64,000 bases of DNA from Candidatus Multivoradales bacterium (GCA_965248925.1 CBDFLE010000005.1:1568001-1632000); one strand, 5' to 3'; positions 1-9,203 are shown, counted from the stretch's first letter. Notes: generated by a model not told the origin, from the letters alone. A program made the numbers and translations.

Positions 1-1149
1 CCCACAGGCCACCAAGCGTCGCACCGTGGCAGTCTCCGGAGTAGCCTCGACAATGCGGTCTTGAGCCAAAGCCTCGGCATCAACAGGCAAAAAAACCGGC
101 TCCGTTCCGCGCTGGCCGCAGGAAACCAGCAACGTCCCTTCCGCCAGCCCGTAGACCGGGCGCAGCGCCCCCCGTTTCAGTCCACACGATGCAAAACGGT
201 CGCCGAACTCCTCCACGGTTTCGGCGAACACCGGCTCAGCGCCATTGAATGCGGTTCTCCAACTACTAAGATCCAGACCTGAACACCGACCAGCAGTAGC
301 CTTGCGGCCGCAGAGTTCATAAGCAAAATTCGGCCCACCACTAATGGTTACTCGATAGCGAGAGATACCCTCCAGCCAGCGCAACGGGCGCTGCAAGAAA
401 GCCAGCGGTGACATCAGATAGGAAGGAAAGCCGCAGAAAACCGGCAAAAGAACGCCCTGAATCAGCCCCATGTCATGCGAGGCCGGCAGCCACGAAAAGC
501 CGACACCGGACTCATCCTCCTCCGACACCTGCGCCATATAGGAAAGATTGTGAAAGAGATTTCGGTGGCTGACCTTCACTCCCTTGGGCGAGCTGGTGGA
601 GCCAGAGGTGTATTGTAAGAAAGCGACGGAGTCCAGAGCGATCGGTTCATCGAGGCACGCGGTCGCCGATTCGCGGCCGACCTCGTCAGTCAGCAACCAG
701 GCGACACCCCGCGCCGCCTCAATCTGCCGTAACAAACGCTCGAGAATCGGCTGTTGTCGAGCCGTCGTCAGGACGATCTTAGGCGCACAATCGGCAAAGA
801 TCGTTGCCAACCTCGAGAAAGCACTTGCCGGCCTCTTCGGATGAGGCAAGAGACTCGGTACCGCGAACAGCCCAGCACGTAGACAACCAAAGAAAGCCGT
901 AACAAACTCCAAACCGGGAGGATAGAGTAGCACCGCCCGCTCACCACTCAGTCCCTTCTGCTGCAGCCAAGCACCGATCGACATCGCCCTTTGGTCTAGC
1001 TCACCATAGGTCAACCAGGCGTTTTCTTCTTCGCCATGAGCTAGAAAAGTGTAGGCCCTATCACTTTTCCGCTCGCTCGCTCTGCGTCGAAGAATACTTA
1101 GCAGGTTGTTGCCATCTCCGGTCGAGTCACCAGCCGTCTCAATTCTCAT
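1..1149 (-). CDS. Fatty acyl-AMP ligase (FAAL) or FAAL starter domain of an NRPS/PKS; runs off the left window edge
   Basis: Not in the ORF track because there is no stop in the window. Manual minus-strand translation from ATG 1149 (AGGAG upstream) gives MRIETAGDS..RAYTFL..LTYGELD..LLYPPGLEFVTAFFGCL..FLQYTSGSTSSPKGV..WLPASHDMGLI..FNGAEP..YGLAEGTL, a typical FAAL adenylation motif set. Confidence 0.9.
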   Translation of the reverse strand, partial: MRIETAGDSTGDGNNLLSILRRRASERKSDRAYTFLAHGEEENAWLTYGELDQRAMSIGAWLQQKGLSGERAVLLYPPGLEFVTAFFGCLRAGLFAVPSLLPHPKRPASAFSRLATIFADCAPKIVLTTARQQPILERLLRQIEAARGVAWLLTDEVGRESATACLDEPIALDSVAFLQYTSGSTSSPKGVKVSHRNLFHNLSYMAQVSEEDESGVGFSWLPASHDMGLIQGVLLPVFCGFPSYLMSPLAFLQRPLRWLEGISRYRVTISGGPNFAYELCGRKATAGRCSGLDLSSWRTAFNGAEPVFAETVEEFGDRFASCGLKRGALRPVYGLAEGTLLVSCGQRGTEPVFLPVDAEALAQDRIVEATPETATVRRLVACG

Positions 1150-2105
1150 TGCAGCCCGAACTCCTTGAAACTCTGTGTGGATTCCATCAAGCAACAGCGC
1201 CATCCGACGCTGGCGATACCACCTACACATACCGTCAGCACACACTCAAGTGCCGCACAGCAGTGAAACGTACTGACGCTTGCTATGTACAGAACTGGCA
1301 AACAAACCATCGTCAAGCCGCGGAAAGACAGCCTTTCGGCAACGCTATCCGGAACTCGAGGTAGCGAGTAGAAATCAGCAGAAACGAAGGGTTATCGGCC
1401 ACAGGAGCACGCTGCCGCCAGCGGTTGGCTCAAACACTCAGAGCCGCAGACTTCTGACTACCCCTCAGCCAGAACCGAGCATGAATGCCCGTTGTTATAC
1501 GACCAGATTCTAGGGAGGAACTCGGGAGGATGCCTGCTGGCCAAACGTAGCCGAAGGCACGTTCGGTAAAGGCTGATAGTCCGATCGAGGGAGGAACTGG
1601 TTTTCCCGGATGGGCGTTCGGGGAGGAGAAAAGGGCAAATCTTCAAAGGTAAATCTCATGTTGTACGAGCCTCGGTCAATATCCGCTGGGGGATCGTTGT
1701 GTAGTGCTAGGAAACATAACATACCCGCACTTCGGGCCCTCGTCGATCCGCAAAGATCAGTGAAAATCTCTGAATCTGCGTATCGCGTTAGCGATCCCAA
1801 CAGAACCCTAGGTGAACGCCAGTGAAGCTGCGGAGGCTATGAAATCGAGCCAGCAACCTCCTCGACTAGAACAACTCGGGAGCGGCATCCGTAGGCCTAC
1901 TGAGAAGAACCTCTCGCTAGGGCCAGTAGTACTCAACTGGCGGCCGAGTTGTCTGCGGTTGCAGTGCAAGACGACTCATTGATCGGAGAAATTGCTCTCC
2001 ACTCTTACACCATAGACGTCAATCTAGTGTTACACTCTCGCGCGGTTCCTCTGCTCTCACTTGAGTATGCAGGATGCCTGCTGTCGACAACTTGTGGACA
2101 ACCTA

Positions 2106-2134
2106 TTGACAACCTAACAGTTACGCAGTAAGAC
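2106..2134 (+). promoter_or_regulatory. Possible sigma70 promoter for the extender-unit cassette
   Basis: Perfect TTGACA at 2106-2111. The -10 at 17-bp spacing (TAAGAC) is weak. Confidence 0.3.
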
Positions 2135-2136
2135 AA

Positions 2137-2226
2137 CAAGAGAGCAAGAGAGCAAGAGAGCAAGAGAGCAAGAGAGCAAGAGAGCAAGAGAGCAAGAGAG
2201 CAAGAGAGCAAGAGAGCAAGAGAGCA
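2137..2226 (+). repeat. Simple sequence repeat (CAAGAGAG)x11 plus CA
   Basis: Eleven perfect 8-bp units counted at 2137-2224, ending 4-6 nt before the GTG start at 2231. Confidence 0.97.
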
Positions 2227-2230
2227 TTTC

Positions 2231-3097
2231 GTGAAAGAGAACAAACCTTTGCAGTTTCCCACCGTGGGCGTGGTTGGTGCCGGCGTCATGGGTATCGGGC
2301 TGGCTCAGAATCTGGCCCAGACCGGACACCAGGTTCTGCTCAATGACCGGACGCAAGAAGACCTCGACAAGGCTCTTCTCTCGATCCGCCAGAATCTCCG
2401 CCTGCACCGCTTCTTTACCGGCGAAGAGCCCGCCTACAGCACCGCCGACGCACTGGCCAAGATTACCTCCACAGTTGACCTCGAGGACTTGGCGCAAGCT
2501 GACTTCGTAGTCGAGAACGTCACCGAGAAGTGGGCCGCCAAAGAGCAGGTCCATGGACGTTTGAATAAGATCTGCCCCAAGTGCGTGGTCGGGGTCAACA
2601 CTTCAGCCCTCTCCATCACCCGAGTCGGTTCCCTATACGACCGCCCCGAACGGATCGTCGGCATGCACTTCATGAATCCAGTGCCACTCAAACCGGTGGT
2701 CGAGGTGATTCGCGGCCACCACACGTCTGCGCAATGTCTGGAGACTACCCACAACTTCTTGGCCGAAATCGGCAAGGAAGGCATAGTCGTCAACGACATG
2801 CCCGGCTTCGTCTCCAATCGAGTGCTCATGTTGACTGTCAACGAGGCGATTTTCCTGGTGCAAGATCAAGTCGCGCCCGCCGCCGACATCGACCGCATCT
2901 TCAAGACCTGCTTCGGACACAAGATGGGCCCTCTGGAAACCGCCGACCTGATCGGTCTCGACACCATTCTCTACTCGCTCGAGGTTCTCTACGAGAGCTA
3001 CTGCGACAGCAAGTACCGTCCGTCGCCGCTGTTGAAGAAGATGGTAGACGCCGGCCTGCATGGTCGAAAAAGCGGAGAGGGCTTTTACAACTACTGA
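2231..3097 (+). CDS. 3-hydroxyacyl-CoA/ACP dehydrogenase (FkbK/ZmaG-like)
   Basis: Rossmann GVVGAGVMG, ENVTE, NTS, GMHFMNP, PGFVSNR and MGPLETADLIGLD motifs. Lies next to an ACP and FkbH. Confidence 0.9.
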   Translation: MKENKPLQFPTVGVVGAGVMGIGLAQNLAQTGHQVLLNDRTQEDLDKALLSIRQNLRLHRFFTGEEPAYSTADALAKITSTVDLEDLAQADFVVENVTEKWAAKEQVHGRLNKICPKCVVGVNTSALSITRVGSLYDRPERIVGMHFMNPVPLKPVVEVIRGHHTSAQCLETTHNFLAEIGKEGIVVNDMPGFVSNRVLMLTVNEAIFLVQDQVAPAADIDRIFKTCFGHKMGPLETADLIGLDTILYSLEVLYESYCDSKYRPSPLLKKMVDAGLHGRKSGEGFYNY

Positions 3098-3207
3098 GCC
3101 GCCACCGCGAAGCTTCGAACCTGCATAGGGCGGGGTTTTATCAACTCAGCCTCATCGGGATCATGCAGAGTCAACATCAACATCCAGCCATCGCACCGTG
3201 AGGATCA

Positions 3208-3456
3208 ATGGACAGAAAGAACAAGATACGAACTTTCTTGGCCGGCTTTTTTCGCAACGTAGAGGTTGCGGACGACGATGACATCTTCGCCAAGGGGTTC
3301 GTCAACTCCTTGCTCGCCTTACAGCTCGTCGGATTCCTCGAGAAGGAATTCAAGATCACCATCGAGGACGAAGATCTCGATTTCGACAATTTTCGTACAA
3401 TCTGTTCCATCGATAGTTTGATTGCTCGGAAGTTACCGCAGCCGGTGGAAGCCTGA
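3208..3456 (+). CDS. Stand-alone acyl carrier protein (FkbJ/ZmaD-like)
   Basis: 82 aa, acidic. GFVNSLLALQLV phosphopantetheine site with the NSL variant typical of glyceryl/hydroxymalonyl ACPs. Confidence 0.9.
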   Translation: MDRKNKIRTFLAGFFRNVEVADDDDIFAKGFVNSLLALQLVGFLEKEFKITIEDEDLDFDNFRTICSIDSLIARKLPQPVEA

Positions 3457-3516
3457 GGCCTCCTTCGTCTAATTTTTCAATAGTGCCGCTGCCCAATCTT
3501 CGCAATAGGTGAGAGT

Positions 3517-4599
3517 ATGAAAGCCTCCAGCGCCCGACCCGATCGCCCCCAGTCTCGCAACCCGGCCCAGCATCTCCCAGCCTTGAAAGTCCTGGTGTGG
3601 GACCTGGATCACACTCTCTGGGACGGAGTGCTCTCAGAGGGAGACGAGGTTCAACCGCGACCCGGCGTCCGTCAGGCTCTGGAGACTTTGGATGAGCGCG
3701 GCATCCTACTCTCGGTGGCGAGTAAGAATGACTTTGAGCCGACCATGACTCGACTCAAGGAAATCTCACTAGAACACTTCTTCCTCTACCCGCAAATCGG
3801 CTGGGGGCGCAAATCCGCGGCCATCGAACGAATCGCGACGGCGATCAATGTCGGTGTCGACGCGGTGGGCTTCATCGACGATCAGCCCTTCGAGCGCGAG
3901 GAGGTGAGCCATTCCTTGCCGCTGGTGAGAACCTATGATGCGAACCAGATCGAAGCGCTAGTCGCCAAGCCCGAACTCAAACCTCGTTTCATTACCGGCG
4001 ATTCGGCTAAGCGGCGTGGCATGTATCAGGCCGATCAGGTCCGCCAGTCGATAGAAGATGACTTCGACGGACCTACGGAGGAGTTCCTGGCAAGCCTCGA
4101 CATGCGATTTACTCTCGGCGCAGCCCAGCGTGAAGATCTCCAGCGGGCCGAGGAACTCACCGTCCGGACGCACCAGCTCAACACTACCGGCTACACCTAC
4201 GACTACGAGGATCTCGATCGGTTTCGCCAGTCCGACAATCATCTTCTGCTGATTGCCGGATTGGAAGACAAATACGGTACTTACGGCAATATCGGGTTGG
4301 CACTGATCGACCGGACCACCAAAATTTGGAGCCTTCGCCTGCTCTTGATGTCGTGCCGGGTGATGGCGCGAGGAGTAGGGTCGGTGATGATCCAGTACAT
4401 CCTTCGCGCGGCCAAGAGTCACGGCGCTCGCCTGCAAGCTGAATTTCTTCCCACCGACCGCAATCGGCCAATGCTAGTGACCTATAAATTTGCCGGCTTC
4501 CGGGAAGTCGGCGAGCGCGACGGCATGAAGGTCTTCGAGCATCCCCTCGAGAACTTGCAGCCCTACCCCGACTACATCGAGCTGACCACCATTGACTGA
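3517..4599 (+). CDS. fkbH: FkbH-like HAD-IIIC glyceryl transferase/phosphatase
   Basis: VWDLDHTLWDG (HAD DxDxT), ASKND, FIDDQPFER, RTHQLN and C-terminal LMSCRV acyl-transfer Cys. Confidence 0.93.
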   Translation: MKASSARPDRPQSRNPAQHLPALKVLVWDLDHTLWDGVLSEGDEVQPRPGVRQALETLDERGILLSVASKNDFEPTMTRLKEISLEHFFLYPQIGWGRKSAAIERIATAINVGVDAVGFIDDQPFEREEVSHSLPLVRTYDANQIEALVAKPELKPRFITGDSAKRRGMYQADQVRQSIEDDFDGPTEEFLASLDMRFTLGAAQREDLQRAEELTVRTHQLNTTGYTYDYEDLDRFRQSDNHLLLIAGLEDKYGTYGNIGLALIDRTTKIWSLRLLLMSCRVMARGVGSVMIQYILRAAKSHGARLQAEFLPTDRNRPMLVTYKFAGFREVGERDGMKVFEHPLENLQPYPDYIELTTID

Positions 4600-6068
4600 C
4601 CACGGTGGAGCTTGCCATCCAGCGTCGGTCGAACGTCAATCGTAGCATCGCCTGACACTCCTCTCGCGGCCGGCCGGCCTTCAGGGACGGACGCAGAGGG
4701 ATCGGCACTCGCTAGCGGCAGATCGAATATCACTTCCAGCCCCCCACCCGCCGCCCGCCGGGCGCTAACCTCCCCGCCATGGGCGGCGACCGCGCGGCGG
4801 ACGATCATCAAACCCAATCCGCCGGCTCCGGTCTGCCGTGAACGCGAGGGGTCGGCGCGGTAAAAGGGCTCGAAGAGGTGCTCCAGATGCTCCTCCTCGA
4901 CGCCCGAGCCCTGGTCGGCGACACTCAACCACAGACGCTCTGCGCGGCGCTCGCTACGCAGCGTCACCTCGCCTCGGCCGGCATGGCGGAGGGCGTTTTC
5001 GAATAGGTTGCCGAGACTGCGCACCACCAAAGCCCGGTCGACGAGGACCTCGGTGGCGTCTTTGGCAAGTTCTAACTGCAAGCTCATACCCTGGTCGGCG
5101 GCGGCCAACTCGATACGTTGCCAGGCTTCGGCAGCGAGGTCGGACAACTGCTGCGGCTGGAGATCTAGGTGTACTGAGCCGAGCTCGAAACGACTGGCCA
5201 GCAGCAGCTCTTCGACCAACTCATCGAGGTTGTCGATCTCTTTTTCCAAACCCTCGATGCGACTTTGGGGGTCACCGCTCCCGTGCCGACTATCGCGGCG
5301 CAGCAACTCTAGTTGCAGCTTCATTCGCGCCAGCGGTGACCGCAACTCGTGCGAGACCCCCGCCATCAGCTCTTTCTGGCCGGTGAACATGGCGCCGATA
5401 CGGTCGGCCATGGTGTTGAAGCTGCGCCCCATGTCGGCCACCTCGCCGCTGCCCCGAGTCTTGACCCGATACTCCAGCTGGCCGGCGGCGATGCGATCCA
5501 TCGAACGACGCATGCGGCGCAGGGGCGCTGTCAAGTACATCGCCAGGGCGATTACTGAGACCACCGACACCAGGCCGATCTGCCTCAAACCCATCATGAA
5601 AGCACTGTGGATTTGGCGACTGTGCAAGGGATCCTCAATCCGCAGCTGCCGTACCTCAACCCCCTGGTGGAGGATCGGAATCCGCACTTCGAGCACCGGC
5701 GGGCCGTCGATCCAACAATTCCGCCCGGCGACCTCAACCTCGCGACTGGAGCGAGCATGGGGCCAAAACCAAGCCAACTCCCGCGGCGCCGCCCCGGCCG
5801 GTATCAGCCCCAGGTGCAAACCGCTCTTCCCCACCTGGCGACCGACCAGCTCGGCCACGGCTTCGCCCTCAACGGACTGGCCGCTGGCGATCAGACCCTC
5901 GACTTCCTCGGCTATCGCCACTCCTTGATGGGCCATCAGCAGAGCGACCTCGCGCATCGTGTCGCGCCCCGCCACACGCAGAAAGAGCAGCAGGGTCAAC
6001 ACCAGCGCGGTCAGCAGTACGGCGGTGAAAACAGCGGCGATCTTGGCCGCCAGCAGGAATGACTTCAC
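4572..6068 (-). CDS. Sensor histidine kinase (2 TM, HAMP, HisKA, HATPase), CpxA/BaeS-like
   Basis: SHELRSPLARM H-box, NLFENALRH N-box, DQGSG and GAGGLGL G-boxes. Confidence 0.92.
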   Translation of the reverse strand: MKSFLLAAKIAAVFTAVLLTALVLTLLLFLRVAGRDTMREVALLMAHQGVAIAEEVEGLIASGQSVEGEAVAELVGRQVGKSGLHLGLIPAGAAPRELAWFWPHARSSREVEVAGRNCWIDGPPVLEVRIPILHQGVEVRQLRIEDPLHSRQIHSAFMMGLRQIGLVSVVSVIALAMYLTAPLRRMRRSMDRIAAGQLEYRVKTRGSGEVADMGRSFNTMADRIGAMFTGQKELMAGVSHELRSPLARMKLQLELLRRDSRHGSGDPQSRIEGLEKEIDNLDELVEELLLASRFELGSVHLDLQPQQLSDLAAEAWQRIELAAADQGMSLQLELAKDATEVLVDRALVVRSLGNLFENALRHAGRGEVTLRSERRAERLWLSVADQGSGVEEEHLEHLFEPFYRADPSRSRQTGAGGLGLMIVRRAVAAHGGEVSARRAAGGGLEVIFDLPLASADPSASVPEGRPAARGVSGDATIDVRPTLDGKLHRGQSMVVSSM

Positions 6069-6769
6069 TCTGACTCTCCACGGCTCAGCTGATAGCCGAC
6101 GCCGCGCACTGTCTTGAGCAGCTCGGGCTGTTTGGGATCGCGCTCGATCTTGTGCCGCAAGCGGCTGACGTGGACATCGATCGAGCGGTCGTAAGCGGCC
6201 CAGCCGGGACCGTGCAGGTGTTCCAAGATCTGCTCGCGCGACAGCACCCGGCCGGCGCTCTCAGCCAACACCCGAAGGAGGTCGAATTCGGCGCTGGTCA
6301 GTTCCACCGGGCGGCCGTGGGCTTTGACCGAACGGGCTCCGGGATCGATCACCAAAGGTCCAACGGTCAATGCCGCCGGCACCGAAGCCGCAGCCGATGG
6401 TGCCTCCAACCGCCGCAGGATGGCGCGAATCCGGGCCAGTAGCTCGCGCGGGTTGAAGGGCTTCGGCAGATAGTCGTCGGCGCCGATCTCCAGACCAACG
6501 ATGCGGTCGGTTTCGTCGCCGCGCGCGGTCAGCATCAAAATCGGCACCCGGCTGCTGGCACGGATGCGGCGGCAGACCTCCAGCCCGTCAATTCCCGGCA
6601 GCATCAGGTCGAGGATCACCAGATCAGGGGCCGAAGACTCGACCGCTGCCAAGCCCTTGGGACCATCGTGAGCCGCCGCCAAGACGAAGCCCTCCTCACC
6701 CAGATACTCTCGCATCAGGGCAACCAGTTCTTGGTCGTCGTCGATCATCAACAGCTGCATGGTGGGCAT
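6065..6769 (-). CDS. OmpR-family response regulator (CpxR-like)
   Basis: MIDDD, DLMLPG, GADDYLPKPF and winged-helix RSIDVHVSRLR..TVRGVGY. Start reassigned to ATG 6769 (or 6760), because the longer ORF overlaps the upstream gene. Confidence 0.92.
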   Translation of the reverse strand: MPTMQLLMIDDDQELVALMREYLGEEGFVLAAAHDGPKGLAAVESSAPDLVILDLMLPGIDGLEVCRRIRASSRVPILMLTARGDETDRIVGLEIGADDYLPKPFNPRELLARIRAILRRLEAPSAAASVPAALTVGPLVIDPGARSVKAHGRPVELTSAEFDLLRVLAESAGRVLSREQILEHLHGPGWAAYDRSIDVHVSRLRHKIERDPKQPELLKTVRGVGYQLSRGESE

Positions 6770-6842
6770 TCTCGCACGCACCCTGGCGCCGCCCGGCGAG
6801 GCGGCGCCAGGGAAGCTGAGGGGCCCCCTGCTCGGAGCGGCC

Positions 6843-7406
6843 TCAAGGGTGCGAGCCGCGGCCCCCATGCCGGTGGTGCTCGCCCGATGCCTGGCCGCCG
6901 TCCCGGCCGAGCAACATCTGATGCGCCTCGCGCAGGGTGTCGAAATGCTCGACCAGCAGCGCCCGTTGCTGCTCATCGAGGCTATTCATCAGCGCCGCCA
7001 AGTCGTCGCTGATCTGGTAGCCCGCCGTGCGTAGATGCTCGATGTGCTGATCGACCATGGCGCGCCCCTCGGCCGGATCCAGGTCACCAGCGGTGATCCG
7101 TTGCAGCACCTGGTGCAGGTGCTCAGGGCCGTGCTCGGCGCGGGCATGGTGCAGGCTGCTCAGGGTTTCGTGCAATGAGTCGACGAAAACCTGCTGGTCG
7201 TGGCGCAAATCCAGCTTGGCGATCAAGTTGGCGGCCATCGCGTGAATATCGTGGCCGCCACCGCGGCCATGGCCGGCAAACCAACCACCGCCGCCTGCTC
7301 CGGCGGCAACGCTGAAGCCGATCAGGGTCAAAGCCAGCAGTGCCAAGCCCAGCAGGGCGGCCTTCAGCCCGCCCCTCTTCGAGTTGTTGTCGTTGTTCTG
7401 GATCAT
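6843..7406 (-). CDS. Secreted helical protein, Spy/CpxP-like, His-rich
   Basis: Signal-like hydrophobic segment, Gly/His linker, LDLRHDQQ and LDEQQRA motifs resembling LTxxQ. First gene upstream of the RR/HK pair. Confidence 0.6.
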   Translation of the reverse strand: MIQNNDNNSKRGGLKAALLGLALLALTLIGFSVAAGAGGGGWFAGHGRGGGHDIHAMAANLIAKLDLRHDQQVFVDSLHETLSSLHHARAEHGPEHLHQVLQRITAGDLDPAEGRAMVDQHIEHLRTAGYQISDDLAALMNSLDEQQRALLVEHFDTLREAHQMLLGRDGGQASGEHHRHGGRGSHP

Positions 7407-7514
7407 CAGGATTCTCCTCGTCGCGGCAGACGACCGTCAAATCGATCGTCGCTCGAGGAGAAGAATCCCCTGGTGGTCTTGCCAGCTGATGTGGGAACTG
7501 TTGGCGCCGATGAA

Positions 7515-7539
7515 GAGATGTTGCGAGATGTTGCGAGAT
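7515..7539 (-). promoter_or_regulatory. 10-bp tandem direct repeat (GAGATGTTGC x2.5), putative OmpR-family binding box
   Basis: Perfect 10-bp periodic repeat about 110 bp upstream of the Spy/CpxP-like gene. Confidence 0.45.
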
Positions 7540-7574
7540 CACGGTCAGCTATCGTCGCTGCCGACCCGATGCGG

Positions 7575-9203
7575 TCAGGGGGCGGCGGGATCTGCCTGGC
7601 CGGTCACCTGGATCTGGCCGGCGACGGGGTTCTCGAAGGACTCCACCGTGCCGTCGAGGTAGGTCACCTCAAGCTTGGCGGCCGCCCCGGCAGGACCCAG
7701 GCCGAAGGTCAGCAGCGGCGCGGAATCGCTGCCCAGGCCCTCGCCCACCACGTAGAGGTCCGTGAGAATCTCACCGCTCAGCGTGGTGAGCTCGGCGCGG
7801 GCGCCGGCAAAGTGAGCACGCTCAGGAAATCGCACCTGGATGGAATGTTGCCCACCGCCGCGGCTGAGGAATGCCTTGGGCCGGCCACCGAGATTGGTAT
7901 ACACCAGATCCGGGTAGCCATCGGCGTTGAAATCGGCGGTGATCGGTGCAATCGCGAAGCTCTCGTTGACCACCCCGGCCTGCTCCTCGACCGCGGCAAA
8001 GGTACCGTCGGGCCGCTGCACCAGGAAGCGACAAGGAAGTCTGAAGAGCTGGTGTGCCGGAAAAGCGATGTAGTTCTCAGCCACTACCAGATCCTGCCGG
8101 CCATCGAGGCTGAAGTCTTCGAGCAGCGCACCCCAGCCGAACTCAAAATGCGCCACCTTGGTCTCTCTCGCGGTGTTGGAGAAGCGGAAATCCCCGCGAC
8201 TGTTCAGCAAGATCCAGTCGGTCACCAGCTGCTGCCCCGGGCGCAGATCACCCTTGGCCAGGAACCGTGGCACGGTGCTGCCGGTGTTGCTGAAGAAAAG
8301 ATCGACCCGGCGATCATTGTCGTAGTCGCCAACCGCGATCCCCATCGGATAAGCGAACTGACCGCTCAGCGGATTGACCTCGACGCTGAACCTTTCGCCA
8401 CGATGATTCTGATAGATACGCGGCTCGCCGGTGTCGTAGGCCACCACCAAGTCTAGCCAACCATCAGCATCTAGATCGACAAAAACACCTTGGAAGGTGT
8501 TGTGGGTGTACTGCAATCCGACTTCTTGAGTGACATCGGTAAAGTGCAGCGCACCATCGTTTCTGAGCAGTAGGCTGTTCGAGCCATAGCCCTGCTGATT
8601 GAAGATCGTCTGCCCCTCCATCAGCTCCTGCTTGAGGTAGGTAGCGAGGAATATGTCGCCGTCGCCATCGCGGTCGTAGTCACCAACGGTCAGGGTGGCT
8701 GGGCTCGACTTGTCGTCTGGCTCGATGGGCAAGCGCAGCGACTCGAAGTGGCCACCGAGATTGTGCAGCAAGAAAACCCCATCGCGGCGAGTCACCAGCA
8801 AGTCGGTGGGGCCATCCTCATCGAGATCGAAGGAAACCGCTCCAATAGAGGGCGCTGCCACCTTGCCGCCAATCCCCACCAGCTGGGAGATATCCTCGAA
8901 ACCACCATCGATATACCGGAAGAGGGCATCCGCCTGGCCGGCACCACCGCCAAAGAACAGCTCATCGAGTCCATCGCCATCGATATCGATCACCGCTCCG
9001 GCCATCATTGGCAAGTCGCGGGTGGCGTCGAAGAAGTGCTCGAAGGCGATGTCGACCTCGGTGAATAGCGGAATCTCCTCAGCCGGCACCGTGTAGTCGC
9101 AATCCTCGACATAGGGATCGCGGGTGTCATCGTAGGCCAGCCAGAGCAAGAAACCGATGATCGCGGCCAAGCCGATCACCGCAACAGCCACCAGTCTCTT
9201 CAT
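7575..9203 (-). CDS. CRTAC1-family FG-GAP/VCBS repeat protein with ASPIC/UnbV-like C-terminus
   Basis: Repeated DxDxDGxxD motifs (DIDGDGLDE, DYDRDGDGD, DLDADGWLD, DFNADGYPD) and an N-terminal anchor. Probable start MKRLVAV at 9203. Confidence 0.85.
   Translation of the reverse strand: MKRLVAVAVIGLAAIIGFLLWLAYDDTRDPYVEDCDYTVPAEEIPLFTEVDIAFEHFFDATRDLPMMAGAVIDIDGDGLDELFFGGGAGQADALFRYIDGGFEDISQLVGIGGKVAAPSIGAVSFDLDEDGPTDLLVTRRDGVFLLHNLGGHFESLRLPIEPDDKSSPATLTVGDYDRDGDGDIFLATYLKQELMEGQTIFNQQGYGSNSLLLRNDGALHFTDVTQEVGLQYTHNTFQGVFVDLDADGWLDLVVAYDTGEPRIYQNHRGERFSVEVNPLSGQFAYPMGIAVGDYDNDRRVDLFFSNTGSTVPRFLAKGDLRPGQQLVTDWILLNSRGDFRFSNTARETKVAHFEFGWGALLEDFSLDGRQDLVVAENYIAFPAHQLFRLPCRFLVQRPDGTFAAVEEQAGVVNESFAIAPITADFNADGYPDLVYTNLGGRPKAFLSRGGGQHSIQVRFPERAHFAGARAELTTLSGEILTDLYVVGEGLGSDSAPLLTFGLGPAGAAAKLEVTYLDGTVESFENPVAGQIQVTGQADPAAP

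Noticed and set aside
1290-1345. Possible c-di-GMP-I riboswitch (GGCAAAC..GAAA)
   Set aside because: The required P1/P2 pairing and GCAAAG element could not be built by eye. It would need an Infernal scan.
2137-2226. Possible CRISPR array
   Set aside because: Contiguous 8-mers with no spacers, and no cas genes in the window.
2005-2554. Minus-strand ORFs with (SCSLALLL)n repeats resembling a RiPP precursor or membrane peptide
   Set aside because: They are translations of the 8-bp microsatellite and lie antisense to the dehydrogenase. No RBS or leader features.
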